A stretch of DNA of 64,000 nucleotides, taken from positions 96,001 to 160,000 of the forward strand of contig CAVVOB010000022.1 in assembly GCA_963749655.1 (NCBI GenBank), written 5' to 3'. This document shows, piece by piece, positions 20,362-30,713 of this stretch. The notes beneath the pieces are model-generated. The model saw only the letters and a program-made list of their open reading frames with translations, did no database searches and was not told the origin of the DNA. The position numbers were made by a program, and so were the translations under genes. Position 1 is the first letter of the stretch; every line of letters begins with the position of its first letter. This stretch comes from Nitrospirota bacterium (GTDB lineage Bacteria; Nitrospirota; UBA9217).

Positions 20362-22704
20362 ATGAAAGATCTTCCGATGTCCGAAGAACAACGGAACGCT
20401 GACCAGGCTTTGCAGATCCGCGCAGACCAGGTCAGACAACTTCACGAGAATGCGCCCCTCGGCATGATCGCGACGGTCGTTAACGCCGCGGCCCTGGCTT
20501 ACATTCTCAGGGACGTGGTCTCCCCTCAGCCCCTTGCCTTGTGGCTTGCCGGGCTGCTGCTTGTCACGGTGCTTCGCTGTTTCCTTGTATACCGGTTCCG
20601 CCGCCGGCCATTGTCTTCTTCAGAAACGGTCCGCTGGAGCCCGTCGTTTATCGCGGGCATGGCCCTGTCAGGCCTTGCCTGGGGCGCAGCCGGCGTCTTC
20701 CTCCTTCCCGCAGGTTCGTTGACCCACCAGGTTTTTATCGCCTTCGCTCTGGGCGGCATGGTCGCCGGCGCCGCAGGCACGTTTTCAGCCATCCGGAGCG
20801 CGTATCTGGCATACAGCATTCCGACGCTCGCCCCCCTGATCATCCGTTTTTTCGCCTTCGGCGACGAGATCCACGTCACCATGGGAGGGATGACCCTTCT
20901 CTTTGCGCTTCTCATCCATATTATGGCGCTGCGCGTACACAATATGTCCGTCCTGTCGCTCAAGCTGCGCTACGAAAACAGCAGCCTGGTGTCCTATCTG
21001 GCCTGTGCAAAGGAGCGTGCGGAGCAGCTGAATGAAAACCTCCGGGCCGAGATTGCCGAACGAACAAAGGCCGAGGAGTCCCTGCAAAAGCACCAGGACC
21101 ACCTGGAAGAAGTGGTGAAGGAGCGCACGGCTGAATGGGCCCAAGCCAACATTCGGCTCCAGGAGGAGATGGCGGCGCGCAATGTGGAGGAAGCCCTGCG
21201 CCGGTCAAGCGAGATTTATTTCCGGTCGCTCATTGAAAACGTCTCGGACCTCATCACCGTGCTGGACAGCGGCGCCAATATTCTCTTCGAGAGCCCGTCG
21301 ATCGAACGCCTGCTGGGATACCGTCAGGACGAGCTGGTCGGCACGAACGTCTTTTCGTTTCTCCATCCCGACGACCAATCGTCAGCCCGGGAGGCATTCG
21401 CCCGGATTGTCGCAACCCCCGGCAGCTCCGAGACGATCGAGATCCGGGTGCGCCACCAGAGCAGCGCATGGCGGATATTTGAATCGATCGGCAAAAGCAT
21501 TGTCGACGAGGCAGGGGCCGTGCGCATTGTCATCAATTCCCGGGACATTACGGACCGGAAGCGGATGGAAGAGGACCTCCTGAAGATCCAGAAGCTGGAA
21601 TCTCTCGGTACGCTCGCCGGCGGCATCGCTCATGATTTCAACAATATCATCTCGGGCATTACGGCCAATATCGAACTGGCCCGGATGCACGTGAACCGCG
21701 ACGATCTGCTCGCGACCATTCTCGAGAAGGCGGAGCAGGCGTCCGTACAGGCGCATGGCCTGACCCAGCAGCTTCTTACCTTTGCCCGCGGCGGCGGCCC
21801 GGTCAAGAAAACAATAAAAATTTCCGATCTGATCCGCGAAGCAGCGACCTTTGCCCTGCGGGGGGCTCCTTCCACCGCGACCTTTTCCCTCTCCGACGAT
21901 ATGCGTTCCGTCGAGGCGGATGCCGGGCAGCTTCGTCAGGTCATCCATAACATTGTAAGCAATGCCGATCAGGCCATGCCTCGGGGCGGGCAGATCCTGA
22001 TCTGCGGCAGGAACGTGACGATCGGGGAGGGCGCCAGCACGACTCTCGAGCACGGGGATTATGTCGAGGTGACCATTTCAGACCAGGGCATCGGCATTCC
22101 CCCGGAGCATGTTACGAAAATCTTCGACCCCTATTTTACGACGAAGCAGCGGGGGAGCGGTCTGGGCCTCGCTACGGCCTATTCTATCGTTAAAAAGCAC
22201 AGCGGCAGCATCACCGTGTCGTCCGAGCTGGGCAGGGGAACAACAATATCGTTCTATCTTCCGGCCTCTGCGCAGGCGGCTGCCGCTTCGGCTCCCCCGG
22301 GCAGCCCCCTGGTACAGGGAAAGGGAAGAATCCTGATCATGGACGATGAGGCCGTCGTTCGAGACGCCGCGGGGAGGACCCTGGAGAGCGCGGGCTACGA
22401 AGTGGAGTCAGCGCAGGAAGGGACCGAAGCAATAGCGCTCTATTGCCGTGCGCGCGAGTCCGGCAGGCCCTTCGACGTGGTTATCATGGACCTTACCGTA
22501 CCCGGCGGCGTCGGCGGGAAGGACGCCGTAAAAAAACTGCTTGAGATAGATCCCGCGGCAAAGGCAATCGTCTCAAGCGGATATTCTCAAGACCCGGTTA
22601 TGGCGAACTACCGCGACTACGGCTTTCTGGCGGTCATCTCAAAACCCTTCTTTGTTCGTGAAATGACCGAGATCGTCGCGAAGGTCGTGGCGATGAAGGC
22701 CTGA
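20362..22704 (+). CDS. Membrane-bound PAS hybrid sensor histidine kinase with receiver domain
   Basis: TM sensor, PAS, AHDFNN H-box, N/G/F boxes (NADQAM, DQGIGI, FDPYFTTK, GSGLGL), REC (MDDE...MDLT...K). Confidence 0.92.
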   Translation: MKDLPMSEEQRNADQALQIRADQVRQLHENAPLGMIATVVNAAALAYILRDVVSPQPLALWLAGLLLVTVLRCFLVYRFRRRPLSSSETVRWSPSFIAGMALSGLAWGAAGVFLLPAGSLTHQVFIAFALGGMVAGAAGTFSAIRSAYLAYSIPTLAPLIIRFFAFGDEIHVTMGGMTLLFALLIHIMALRVHNMSVLSLKLRYENSSLVSYLACAKERAEQLNENLRAEIAERTKAEESLQKHQDHLEEVVKERTAEWAQANIRLQEEMAARNVEEALRRSSEIYFRSLIENVSDLITVLDSGANILFESPSIERLLGYRQDELVGTNVFSFLHPDDQSSAREAFARIVATPGSSETIEIRVRHQSSAWRIFESIGKSIVDEAGAVRIVINSRDITDRKRMEEDLLKIQKLESLGTLAGGIAHDFNNIISGITANIELARMHVNRDDLLATILEKAEQASVQAHGLTQQLLTFARGGGPVKKTIKISDLIREAATFALRGAPSTATFSLSDDMRSVEADAGQLRQVIHNIVSNADQAMPRGGQILICGRNVTIGEGASTTLEHGDYVEVTISDQGIGIPPEHVTKIFDPYFTTKQRGSGLGLATAYSIVKKHSGSITVSSELGRGTTISFYLPASAQAAAASAPPGSPLVQGKGRILIMDDEAVVRDAAGRTLESAGYEVESAQEGTEAIALYCRARESGRPFDVVIMDLTVPGGVGGKDAVKKLLEIDPAAKAIVSSGYSQDPVMANYRDYGFLAVISKPFFVREMTEIVAKVVAMKA

Positions 22705-22735
22705 AGTCCGGGGGATTATTCCTACGGTCGCAGAA

Positions 22736-22768
22736 TAAAAAAAGGCGCCTTTTCAGGCGCCTTTTTTG
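22736..22768. terminator. Bidirectional intrinsic terminator
   Basis: AAAAAAAGGCGCC-loop-GGCGCCTTTTTT between convergent genes. Confidence 0.85.
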
Positions 22769-22786
22769 TGTTCAGTCAGAACTGTC

Positions 22787-24994
22787 CTACCATGTTTCCG
22801 TTCCGTGGCAGCTGGGACTGCAGGTCGCGCCGTTGAAGTTGACGGAGCTCTTTATCGTCGCCGAAGCGGTCGCTTCCGATATCGGCGCAGTCAGAGACGT
22901 AAAGTGGCTCCCTGCCAGCTTCGTCGTATCGTGGCAGTCAGTGCACGCCCTTTGTTCACTGTAAACGTGACGCCGATGCTGGCCCGAGTAGTAGCTGTTG
23001 TTCTCCGGGCTGCCTGATGAGGAGCCGAGGACGTGGCATGCGGTGCACTGCGAGTTCACATCGATGGTTCCGGTGAGCCAGGACGGAGTGGAACCCGGTG
23101 TCGACTGGGGGGGATTCTGACCGGCCTGGGTCGATGTCTGCGTTCTTGATCCTCCGTGGCAGGAGATGTTCGAGCAGGTGTAGGTCGATGCATTGTACGA
23201 GGCCGTTCCTGATTTCGCATTATAGGTCGCGTCGAGGATCACATCAACGACATTGTTGAAATGATATGCTGTGCCCGAACCTGCGCCCTGATGGCAGGTG
23301 CCGCAGACAACAGACGAGTTGACGTTTGCATGAGGAGCGTGGCTGCCGGCAACGTTGGGGAAGGTTGTCCCGGACGGCGGCGTCCCGTGGCAGGACGCGC
23401 AGTCGCTTGTATTGATCGGCCAGGAGTGGCACGAAGCACATGACGGGCCGCTCGAGGAGACGCCGGTCAGATTTGTTCCATGACAATAGACGTTCGAACA
23501 GGAAGTCGTTCCGTTTGCGTAGGCATAGGCACTGTGGTTCCGCTGTACATCGGGGTACCAGCTGAGAAGGTGGACCTTGGTCTGGTCCTGCATATGGCAG
23601 CTCTTGCAGGCCACATGGGTGCCGCCGCCAAGGTAGTCCGTGCCGTGGCATTTCTGGCAGACCGTGTTGTCTGCAAGCGCCGATGTCTTATGGTCCGCGA
23701 CGACCCAAGCTGCCGCAGGATGGTCCAGGCCCGGTCCATTATGGCAGCTGTAACAACTCGTGCCGGTTGTTCCTCCCTGGTAGTCCGAGCCGTGGCAGGT
23801 TTTGCAGACGGAGAAATCCTGTTCCGCACTGACGCCGTGTTGTGTCGGGTCGGACCAGCCGGCAGGGTGGCCGACCTGAGCATGACAGAGCGTGCTGTTG
23901 AAACACCCGGGAGCGGTCCCTGCTGCCGCGGGCGGAGAAGGCTGCACCGAGGAGTTTGCGCCGTTCGTATGACAGAGCGCGCAGACCGTGGCGTTTCCTT
24001 CATTCGTGGTCGTATGGGTATAGGTGCCGTCGCGCCAGGGCTTGGGCGGATGGGGCGCGTTCACGCCGTGGCAGGAGGAACAGGCCGTGTTGGCAATGCC
24101 GCCGGAGAAGTCGGTGCCGTGGCACTCCTGGCATGAAGCAAAGCCGTTTGCCTGGGATTTTGCGCTGGCTCCGTGCTGGGCCGGGTCGGACCAGCCCGCA
24201 GCGTGGCCCACCGTTCCGTGGCAGAGCGTGTTGTTAAAACATCCGGGAGCGGTCCTTGCTGCCGCGGCCGGAGAAGGCTGCACCGAGGAGTTCGCGCCGT
24301 TCGTATGGCAGAGCGCGCAGACCGTGGCGTTCCCTTCATTCGTGGTCGTATGGGTATAGGTGCTGTCGCGCCAGGGCGCGGCCGGATGGGGCGCGTTCAC
24401 GCCGTGGCAGGAGGAACAGGCCGTGTTGGCAATGCCGCCGGAGAAGTCGGTGCCGTGGCACTCCTGGCATGAAGCAAAGCCGTTTGCCTGGGATTTTGCG
24501 CTGGCGCCGTGCTGGGCCGGGTCGGACCAGCCCGCAGCGTGGCCCACTGTCCCGTGGCAGAGCGTGTTGTTGAAACATCCGGGAGCGGTCCCTGCTGCCG
24601 CGGCCGGAGAAGGCTGCACCGAGGAATTCGCGCCGTTCGTATGGCAGAGCGCGCAGATCGAGGCATTCCCTTCGTCTGTCGATGTGTGCGTGTACGTGCT
24701 GCTGTCGCGCCAGGGCTTGGGCGGATGGGGCGCATTCACGCCGTGGCAGGAAGAACAGGCCGTATCGGCCATGCCGCCGGAGAAGTCGGAGCCATGGCAC
24801 TCCTGGCATGAAGAAAAGCCGTCGGCTTTCTTGGCCGCAGCGCCATGGGTACCTGCGCCGGACCAGCCTGCCGCATGGCGGCCCGTTGCGGGATCGATGA
24901 CCCTGTCTTTGCTTGCCGTGCTGCACGCCGCAGCGAGCATGATCAGGCCCGCACAGGACATGATGAGAACAACTATCCTCGTTCTGGAAAACAT
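22787..24994 (-). CDS. Multiheme c-type cytochrome lipoprotein (CxxCH/CxxxxCH type), up to ~24 hemes
   Basis: Lipobox LAAAC; counted 18 CX2CH, 1 CX3CH, 2 CX4CH and 3 CX5CH motifs. Confidence 0.9.
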   Translation of the reverse strand: MFSRTRIVVLIMSCAGLIMLAAACSTASKDRVIDPATGRHAAGWSGAGTHGAAAKKADGFSSCQECHGSDFSGGMADTACSSCHGVNAPHPPKPWRDSSTYTHTSTDEGNASICALCHTNGANSSVQPSPAAAAGTAPGCFNNTLCHGTVGHAAGWSDPAQHGASAKSQANGFASCQECHGTDFSGGIANTACSSCHGVNAPHPAAPWRDSTYTHTTTNEGNATVCALCHTNGANSSVQPSPAAAARTAPGCFNNTLCHGTVGHAAGWSDPAQHGASAKSQANGFASCQECHGTDFSGGIANTACSSCHGVNAPHPPKPWRDGTYTHTTTNEGNATVCALCHTNGANSSVQPSPPAAAGTAPGCFNSTLCHAQVGHPAGWSDPTQHGVSAEQDFSVCKTCHGSDYQGGTTGTSCYSCHNGPGLDHPAAAWVVADHKTSALADNTVCQKCHGTDYLGGGTHVACKSCHMQDQTKVHLLSWYPDVQRNHSAYAYANGTTSCSNVYCHGTNLTGVSSSGPSCASCHSWPINTSDCASCHGTPPSGTTFPNVAGSHAPHANVNSSVVCGTCHQGAGSGTAYHFNNVVDVILDATYNAKSGTASYNASTYTCSNISCHGGSRTQTSTQAGQNPPQSTPGSTPSWLTGTIDVNSQCTACHVLGSSSGSPENNSYYSGQHRRHVYSEQRACTDCHDTTKLAGSHFTSLTAPISEATASATIKSSVNFNGATCSPSCHGTETW
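23880..24880 (-). repeat. Intragenic tandem repeat, three ~336-bp (112-aa) units
   Basis: Near-identical CQECH-CSSCH-CALCH-CFNxTLCH modules visible at DNA level. Confidence 0.9.
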
Positions 24995-25075
24995 ACGTTC
25001 TGGAACCTCTCTCTTTTTTTTGGGTTTTCAGGGGGTACTACTTAAGTTAGGATGAAAACTGTCCCGATTTTAATT

Positions 25076-25104
25076 ATCGTAACGCTCTCACGCATGGCCG
25101 TCAA
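25076..25104 (-). promoter_or_regulatory. Putative sigma70 promoter of the cytochrome gene
   Basis: Minus strand TTGACG-N17-TACGAT. Confidence 0.5.
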
Positions 25105-25326
25105 TAGCTAATTGTGATTTGAACGTCGATTTTTGGCCGAAAGGATTACGGCTTCAGGTCCGGTCCGTTTTCATTGTTCGGGAAAATATGTACGTCAGGA
25201 AACAGATGAGAAAAGACTATTCTGCTTCGGCGGGTACATTTTAACGAGAGTTGAAGTCCTTTCGGGATGGGGGCGCTCTGTGGCTGCGAGAAAGGTGATT
25301 GGATGCCGGTTTTATCCGGGAAATGC

Positions 25327-25361
25327 TTCGCGTCTCCGTCCGGGAGCCCGGAGACGCGAAG
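25327..25361. terminator. Strong hairpin downstream of the Ig-repeat gene
   Basis: CTTCGCGTCTCCG...CGGAGACGCGAAG 13-bp stem; weak U tract. Confidence 0.5.
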
Positions 25362-25382
25362 TGGGATCATCATTCACTCCGA

Positions 25383-27362
25383 CTACAATGTTTTCCATAC
25401 CTCGTTCGAATAGCTGCTTTCCTGGCCGGAAATGTCAAGGTCGGTCACGGCGAAATAATACGTTCCCGCAGAGAGGTTCAAAGTATAGGTGACTACCGAC
25501 ACCCCGGGATTGGGAACGTCCACGGTTTTGTTGTAGCTCAGAGACGACGTTCCATAGTAGATCCGGTAGCTGCTGACGGCTGTCAGCGAACTCAGGGTTG
25601 ACCCGTCCACATAGGTCGTCGGAGCGTCCCAGGTCAGCGTCAGCGCACTGGTTCCTGCCACGACGGTGAGACCGGTGGTTCCTGAAACGCCGCCTGATGT
25701 CGCCGTGATAGAGGCGGATCCGGCAGCTACTCCGGAAGCAAGTCCCTTGGAACCTGAAGCGTTGCTGATGGTCGCAACGCCGGTGCTGGAAGAGCTCCAA
25801 GTCGCTGAGTTCGTCAGGACCTGCGTAGAACCGTCCGTATACGCGCCCGTTGCAACGAACTGCTGTGTCGTTCCCGCGCCGATGCTTGGATTGGACGGTG
25901 TGACGGCGATGGAGACCAGGGTCGCCGAGGTCACCGCGAGAGTGGTCGAGCCCAAGACGCTGCCCGACGTTGCCGTTATCGTGGTTGAGCCGACTGCCAC
26001 GCTGGTTGCCGCGCCCCGGGCGCCTGTTGCATTGCTGATGGTTGCAATACCGGTGCTGGAAGAGCTCCAGGTCACCGAATTCGTCAGTACCTGCGTAGAA
26101 CCGTCGGTGTAGGTGCCGGTGGCTGCGAACTGCTGTGCCGTTCCCTTGGCGATGCTGGGATTGGACGGCGTCACCGCGATGGATATGAGTGTCGCCGAGG
26201 TCACCGTGAGGGCGGCTGAACCAGAAATGCTGCCCGACGATGCCGCGACTGTGGTTGAGCCGACAGCCAGGGAAGTTGCCGCGCCCTGAGAACCTGCAGC
26301 ATTGCTGACGGTCGCAACTGCCTGATTTGAAGATTCCCAAGCTACCGAGTTCGTAAGGGTCTGCGTGGACCCGTCGGAGTAGGTGCCAATGGCAACGAAC
26401 TGCTGTGCTGTTCCCTTGGCGATGCTGGGGCTGGACGGTGTGACAGCGATGGAGACCAGGGTCGCCGAGGTCACCGTGAGGGTGGTCGAGCCTGAGATGC
26501 CGCCTGATGTTGCCGAGATCGTGGTGGAGCCGACTGCCACAGATGTTACTGCGCCCCGGGAACCTGAATCGTTGCTGATCGATGCAACGCCGGTGCTGGA
26601 AGAGCTCCACGACACGCCTTCCGTCAGATCCTGCACCGAGTTGTCCGAGAAAGTGCCGGTGGCGATAAACTGCTGGGCGGTTCCCTTGGCAATACTGGGA
26701 TTGGTCGGTGTGACCGAGATGGAGGCCAGGGTCACCGAGGTTACTGTCAGGGTGGCCGAGGCCGAGATATTTTCGGACGCTGCCGTGATCGTTGTTGAAC
26801 CGGCGCTCACAGCCGTGGCCAGTCCGCTGCTGACCGTTGCTACGGCCTGGCTCGAAGAGGTCCATACTGCTGATGCCGTCAAGTCCTGCGTCGTACCGTC
26901 TGAAAAAGTGCCGACGGCCGTAAATCTCTGCGTCGTACCCTTGGCGATGGATCCCCCTGTGGGAGTGACTGCGATGGAGACCAGCGTTGCATCGGTTACG
27001 CTGACCGTGGTATCAGCCTCAATGTCGCCCGAGGAGGCCTTGATGGTGGCAGAGCCGGATTTTTTTCCCTTTACGTGGCCCGGGCTGTCGATCTCGGCTG
27101 TCGATGAGTCGGAGGAAGTCCAGGTGACGTACTTGGTCAGGTCCCGCGTCGACTTGTCGGAGTACACGCCCGTGGCAACGAACTGTTGATCGGTGTTTTT
27201 TGCCAACGCCGCATTGACCGGGGTAATAGAAATGGAGGCGAGCGTCGCTCCGTCCCCGGTTCCCTTTGACGGCCCCTGGGGGCTGCCGGCGCCGCACGCT
27301 GCCAGGCCTGCTGCAATCAGCGAAACCGTCAGTAGAAAGAAGCCCGTCCTTGACTTGATCAT
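25383..27362 (-). CDS. Surface lipoprotein with six Big_2 (Lig-like Ig) repeats and a C-terminal FN3-like domain
   Basis: GAGGAGG RBS, MIKSR...LAAC lipobox, six L.SI.VTP...I.KGT.QQF.A.G.Y.D units (~90 aa), LTWDAP...YRIYYG...YYFAV end. Confidence 0.85.
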   Translation of the reverse strand: MIKSRTGFFLLTVSLIAAGLAACGAGSPQGPSKGTGDGATLASISITPVNAALAKNTDQQFVATGVYSDKSTRDLTKYVTWTSSDSSTAEIDSPGHVKGKKSGSATIKASSGDIEADTTVSVTDATLVSIAVTPTGGSIAKGTTQRFTAVGTFSDGTTQDLTASAVWTSSSQAVATVSSGLATAVSAGSTTITAASENISASATLTVTSVTLASISVTPTNPSIAKGTAQQFIATGTFSDNSVQDLTEGVSWSSSSTGVASISNDSGSRGAVTSVAVGSTTISATSGGISGSTTLTVTSATLVSIAVTPSSPSIAKGTAQQFVAIGTYSDGSTQTLTNSVAWESSNQAVATVSNAAGSQGAATSLAVGSTTVAASSGSISGSAALTVTSATLISIAVTPSNPSIAKGTAQQFAATGTYTDGSTQVLTNSVTWSSSSTGIATISNATGARGAATSVAVGSTTITATSGSVLGSTTLAVTSATLVSIAVTPSNPSIGAGTTQQFVATGAYTDGSTQVLTNSATWSSSSTGVATISNASGSKGLASGVAAGSASITATSGGVSGTTGLTVVAGTSALTLTWDAPTTYVDGSTLSSLTAVSSYRIYYGTSSLSYNKTVDVPNPGVSVVTYTLNLSAGTYYFAVTDLDISGQESSYSNEVWKTL

Positions 27363-27404
27363 GTTGTTTTCCTCCTCTGCTAGAGCGATTAATAAACCGG
27401 TGAT

Positions 27405-27500
27405 CATCTCTGGCGGCTCGGCGGACATTGGAGCTTGATGCTCGTTAGTCCCGTTGCTCTGCGTCCCAGGGTTTCCCCTGGTTTGCTCTGAGCAGAGAAG
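27405..27500 (-). ncRNA. GEMM-I (c-di-GMP-I class) riboswitch, A20 variant (cGAMP-type, GEMM-Ib)
   Basis: Minus strand CAGAGCAAACCAGGG-GAAA-CCCUGGGACGCAGAGCAACGGGACUAA...AUGUCCGCCGAGCCGCCAGAG matches the GCAAA-P2(GAAA)-GACGC-P3 architecture. Confidence 0.85.
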
Positions 27501-27842
27501 GTCTCGAACATGGATTTCAGCGCCGGCTATCACCAGGGCCCATGCCCTTCATTCATTGGCCGCATGTTACTCGAAGCGCGAAATAGAGTCTGTGACCATG
27601 GATACAATAAATAGTGTGATCTCGATCACACGATTAAAAGGCCCTTTCGCGAGCGAAATTTTTTTCGCGCAAATTTTCGATCGTGCCTCATAGTCGGGTC
27701 TTCGGCGTACGTGCACCGAAGCGACAGGGCGGCGGTGAGGGCCTCTTTGCGGACTGCGCGGAGCAGGGGGCGGCCGCAAGAGAGTGTGTCTGAAGTGACC
27801 GGCGTTTTTCTTCTGAAAACAGGCAATTAATCTGCTTTCCGT

Positions 27843-27871
27843 TTGACAAGGACAGGTTGATAGTTTATTAT
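27843..27871 (+). promoter_or_regulatory. sigma70 promoter
   Basis: TTGACA-N17-TATTAT upstream of AAGGAG and ATG 27900. Confidence 0.7.
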
Positions 27872-27899
27872 CACAGCACGCTACACGGAAAGGAGCGCG

Positions 27900-28962
27900 A
27901 TGCAGACGATAGCATCCCTGAAAGAAGGAGACTGGGTAGAGGAGATCTACTCTCGTCACGTCGAAGCAGGTGTCGACCGCCAAGAACGGCGTTACCTATC
28001 TGTCCATCAAGCTCTCGGATAAAACGGGGGAGATCGACGGCAGATTGTGGGACAATGCCGACGAAGTGGCCGGAAAATTCGAACGTGAGGATTTCGTCCG
28101 CATCAAGGGGATGGCGTCGAACTACCAGGGCTCCATGCAGATCAAGATGAAGACACTGGAGAAGGTCGATGATTCCCGCGTAGACATCGCCAATTTTCTG
28201 GAGTGTTCGCCGCGCAGGCCCGAAGACATGGTGCAGGAACTCCGCGCGGTCGCCGCATCGCTCAAGGAAGGATATCTGCAGCAGCTGATGAACGCTTTTC
28301 TTTCAGACAACGCCTTCATGGAATCGTTCAAACGATCGCCCGCGGCCAAGACGCTTCATCATAATTATATCGGCGGCCTGCTTGAACACGTTCTGGAGCT
28401 CATCAATCTTTCCCGGGACGTGGCGAAGCATTTCCCCTCGATCAATGTCGATCTGCTGACGGTCGGGTCCTTCCTTCATGACATCGGCAAAGTGCGCGAA
28501 CTGACGGTCAAGAAATCGATCGGCTATACGACGGAAGGAAGGCTGATCGGCCATATCTCCCTGGGATATGAAATGATCGTCGAAAAGATCAAGGCCCTTC
28601 CGGGATTCCCGCAGGAACTGACCATGCTGCTTAAACACATCATCCTCTCCCATCACGGCGAGTACGAGTTCGGTTCGCCCAAGCGCCCGAAGATCCAGGA
28701 GGCGATCGTCATCAATTACCTCGACGACCTTGCGGCAAAGATCAACAATTTCAAAACGACCCTGCAAAAGGAAAACGTGGCAGAGGGCGAGTGGACGGGG
28801 TACAGCAAAATGCACGACCGGTACCTCTACCGGCCGATGAACTCCGACGCACCGGAAGGAGAGTCGCCCGCGATCGATGAAAAAAAGCCGGTCGCTGCCA
28901 GGGCGAAAAGGGGCAACCTCGGGGGTCCGGCGGAAGTATCCGGCAAGTTACCCCTGGACTGA
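27900..28962 (+). CDS. yhaM: 3'-5' exoribonuclease YhaM family (OB fold + HD), frameshift near 27951
   Basis: MQTIASLKEGDWVEEIY joins VTSKQVSTAKNG...; HHNYIGGLLEH, HDIGK, ILSHHG..EFGSP. Confidence 0.8.
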
Positions 28963-29112
28963 TCGGCTACGCTCCGGGTCTTCCGCAGCTCGACGGCCGG
29001 CAATCGCGGGCATGCGCAGCAGGCGAAGAACGGCCGGAACGATCCACTGTAATAATCCAATTCATTTTACGACGTGACCTCCGGAAGAGGACTTGTCAAG
29101 GAAAGGTGCTTC

Positions 29113-30018
29113 ATGTTCGGTGTGCTTCGCAGCCTGAGCGAGGGGCTGGCCAAAACCAGGAAGAACCTCTCGGACAAAATCGGCAATTTACTGCTCGGCG
29201 AAAAGATCGATGAAGCTTTTCTCGATGAGCTGGAAGAGGCGTTGATCACGGCCGATGTCGGCGTTGAGACTGCTTCCCTGGTGCTGAAAGACCTGAAGGA
29301 GCGCTTCAAACGGAACGAGCTTTCCACGAGGGCGCAGGTGGCGGACCGATTGAAGCAGCTTCTCTTCCAGATTGTGTCGCCGAATTCCCGCGCCTTCTCT
29401 CTTCCCGCATCACCCGCTGTCGTGCTTGTCGTGGGGGTGAACGGAACGGGAAAAACAACGACCATCGGCAAGCTGGCTCATCGGCTCCGGGCGGAGGGGA
29501 AAAAGGTCATGCTCGCCGCAGGCGACACCTTCCGCGCCGCCGCTTCGGAGCAACTTTCGATCTGGGGAGAGCGGGCCGGCATCCCGGTGATCAAGCACCA
29601 GGAGGGGGCCGATCCCGGGGCCGTGGTGTTCGATGCCGTTACCGCCGCGAAAACGCGCGGTATCGAGGTCCTTATCGTCGACACTGCAGGCCGGCTTCAC
29701 ACGAAATCAAACCTCATGGAAGAGCTGAAGAAAGTAAAGCGCATTCTGGCGCGCGAACTTCCCGGAGCCCCCCACGAAACGCTGCTGGTCCTCGACGGCA
29801 ACACCGGTCAGAATGCACTGGTCCAGGCGAAAATGTTTCATGATGCCGTGGGCGTCACCGGCATCGTGCTGACCAAGCTGGACGGAACCTCCAAGGGAGG
29901 CATCATCTTTGCCATCAGCAAAGAGCTCTCCATTCCGGTAAAGTTCATCGGCATCGGAGAAGCGGTAGGGGATCTGAGGAGCTTTGATCCCAAGGAGTTT
30001 GTCGACGCGCTGTTTTAG
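29113..30018 (+). CDS. ftsY: Signal recognition particle receptor (short, NG domain only)
   Basis: [32 protein letters not shown]. Confidence 0.96.
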   Translation: MFGVLRSLSEGLAKTRKNLSDKIGNLLLGEKIDEAFLDELEEALITADVGVETASLVLKDLKERFKRNELSTRAQVADRLKQLLFQIVSPNSRAFSLPASPAVVLVVGVNGTGKTTTIGKLAHRLRAEGKKVMLAAGDTFRAAASEQLSIWGERAGIPVIKHQEGADPGAVVFDAVTAAKTRGIEVLIVDTAGRLHTKSNLMEELKKVKRILARELPGAPHETLLVLDGNTGQNALVQAKMFHDAVGVTGIVLTKLDGTSKGGIIFAISKELSIPVKFIGIGEAVGDLRSFDPKEFVDALF

Positions 30019-30041
30019 CTGCGGAGACCGATACTGGCGCC

Positions 30042-30338
30042 ATGTCTAGCGAACGCGTTCAGGTTGAAATATACGGCCAGGTTTACAGCATCAAGGGCGA
30101 GGGCGATGCCGCCCGGATCCGTGAACTCGCCGCCTATATCGACAGCCGGATGAAAGAGGTCGAGAAGGGGACGGGGACCGTCGATCCCCATCGGGTCGCA
30201 ATTCTGGCCGCGCTGACGATCGCTGACGAGTATTACCGGCTGCGTGAACGATTCGGAGATCTGGCATTGTCCGCCGATCTCGCCGCAAAACGCATGCTCG
30301 CCCTTTTGGAAGCAGTGGAGGAGCCCGATAAAACATAG
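30042..30338 (+). CDS. zapA: Cell division protein ZapA
   Basis: V.VEIYGQ.Y.I, LA.YID..M, RVAILAALTIADE; sits before 6S RNA. Confidence 0.9.
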   Translation: MSSERVQVEIYGQVYSIKGEGDAARIRELAAYIDSRMKEVEKGTGTVDPHRVAILAALTIADEYYRLRERFGDLALSADLAAKRMLALLEAVEEPDKT

Positions 30339-30494
30339 TTTGCCGCAGTGAACACGACGGGGTATTTTTAGGGTATGTCATGTGTCGAGTGAGTTGATTA
30401 TTCTTATTTTTTAATGTTTTGCCTTTGCCCACCCATCTTTTTATCCTTGCCATTTTTCTTCGATTCTGGTATATACTAATTAACATCATAAGAT

Positions 30495-30675
30495 AGTCCC
30501 CTGCTTTGCGCGTGATGGATATAACTTGTTCCTCGTGAAAAAAAAATAACGGGAGCTGAAATGTGAAAAGGGTGTGCATGCCCAGATTAGACTGGGAAGC
30601 CTGAACTTTTCACCGAGGCACCCACCTGGTAAATACCAGGAATCAAGTCTATCTACACGGCAAAAGCGGGGGATT
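30495..30675 (+). ncRNA. ssrS: 6S RNA
   Basis: ~180-nt rod closed by UCCCCUGCUUUGC/GCAAAAGCGGGGGA, A-rich central bubble, GGGAGC and GGCACCCACCUG motifs, downstream of zapA, upstream TTGCCA/TATATACT promoter. Confidence 0.88.
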
Positions 30676-30713
30676 TTTTTACTCCCTGATTTTTGCACAA
30701 TTGTGTATAGCAA

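Noticed and set aside
23880-26800. Diversity-generating retroelement TR/VR pair in the cytochrome or Ig repeats
   Set aside because: Repeats are in-frame domain duplications, differences are not evidently adenine-specific, and no reverse transcriptase is present
27363-27533. 57-aa N-terminal extension of the Ig-repeat ORF
   Set aside because: It overlaps the riboswitch; the RBS and signal peptide indicate a start at 27362
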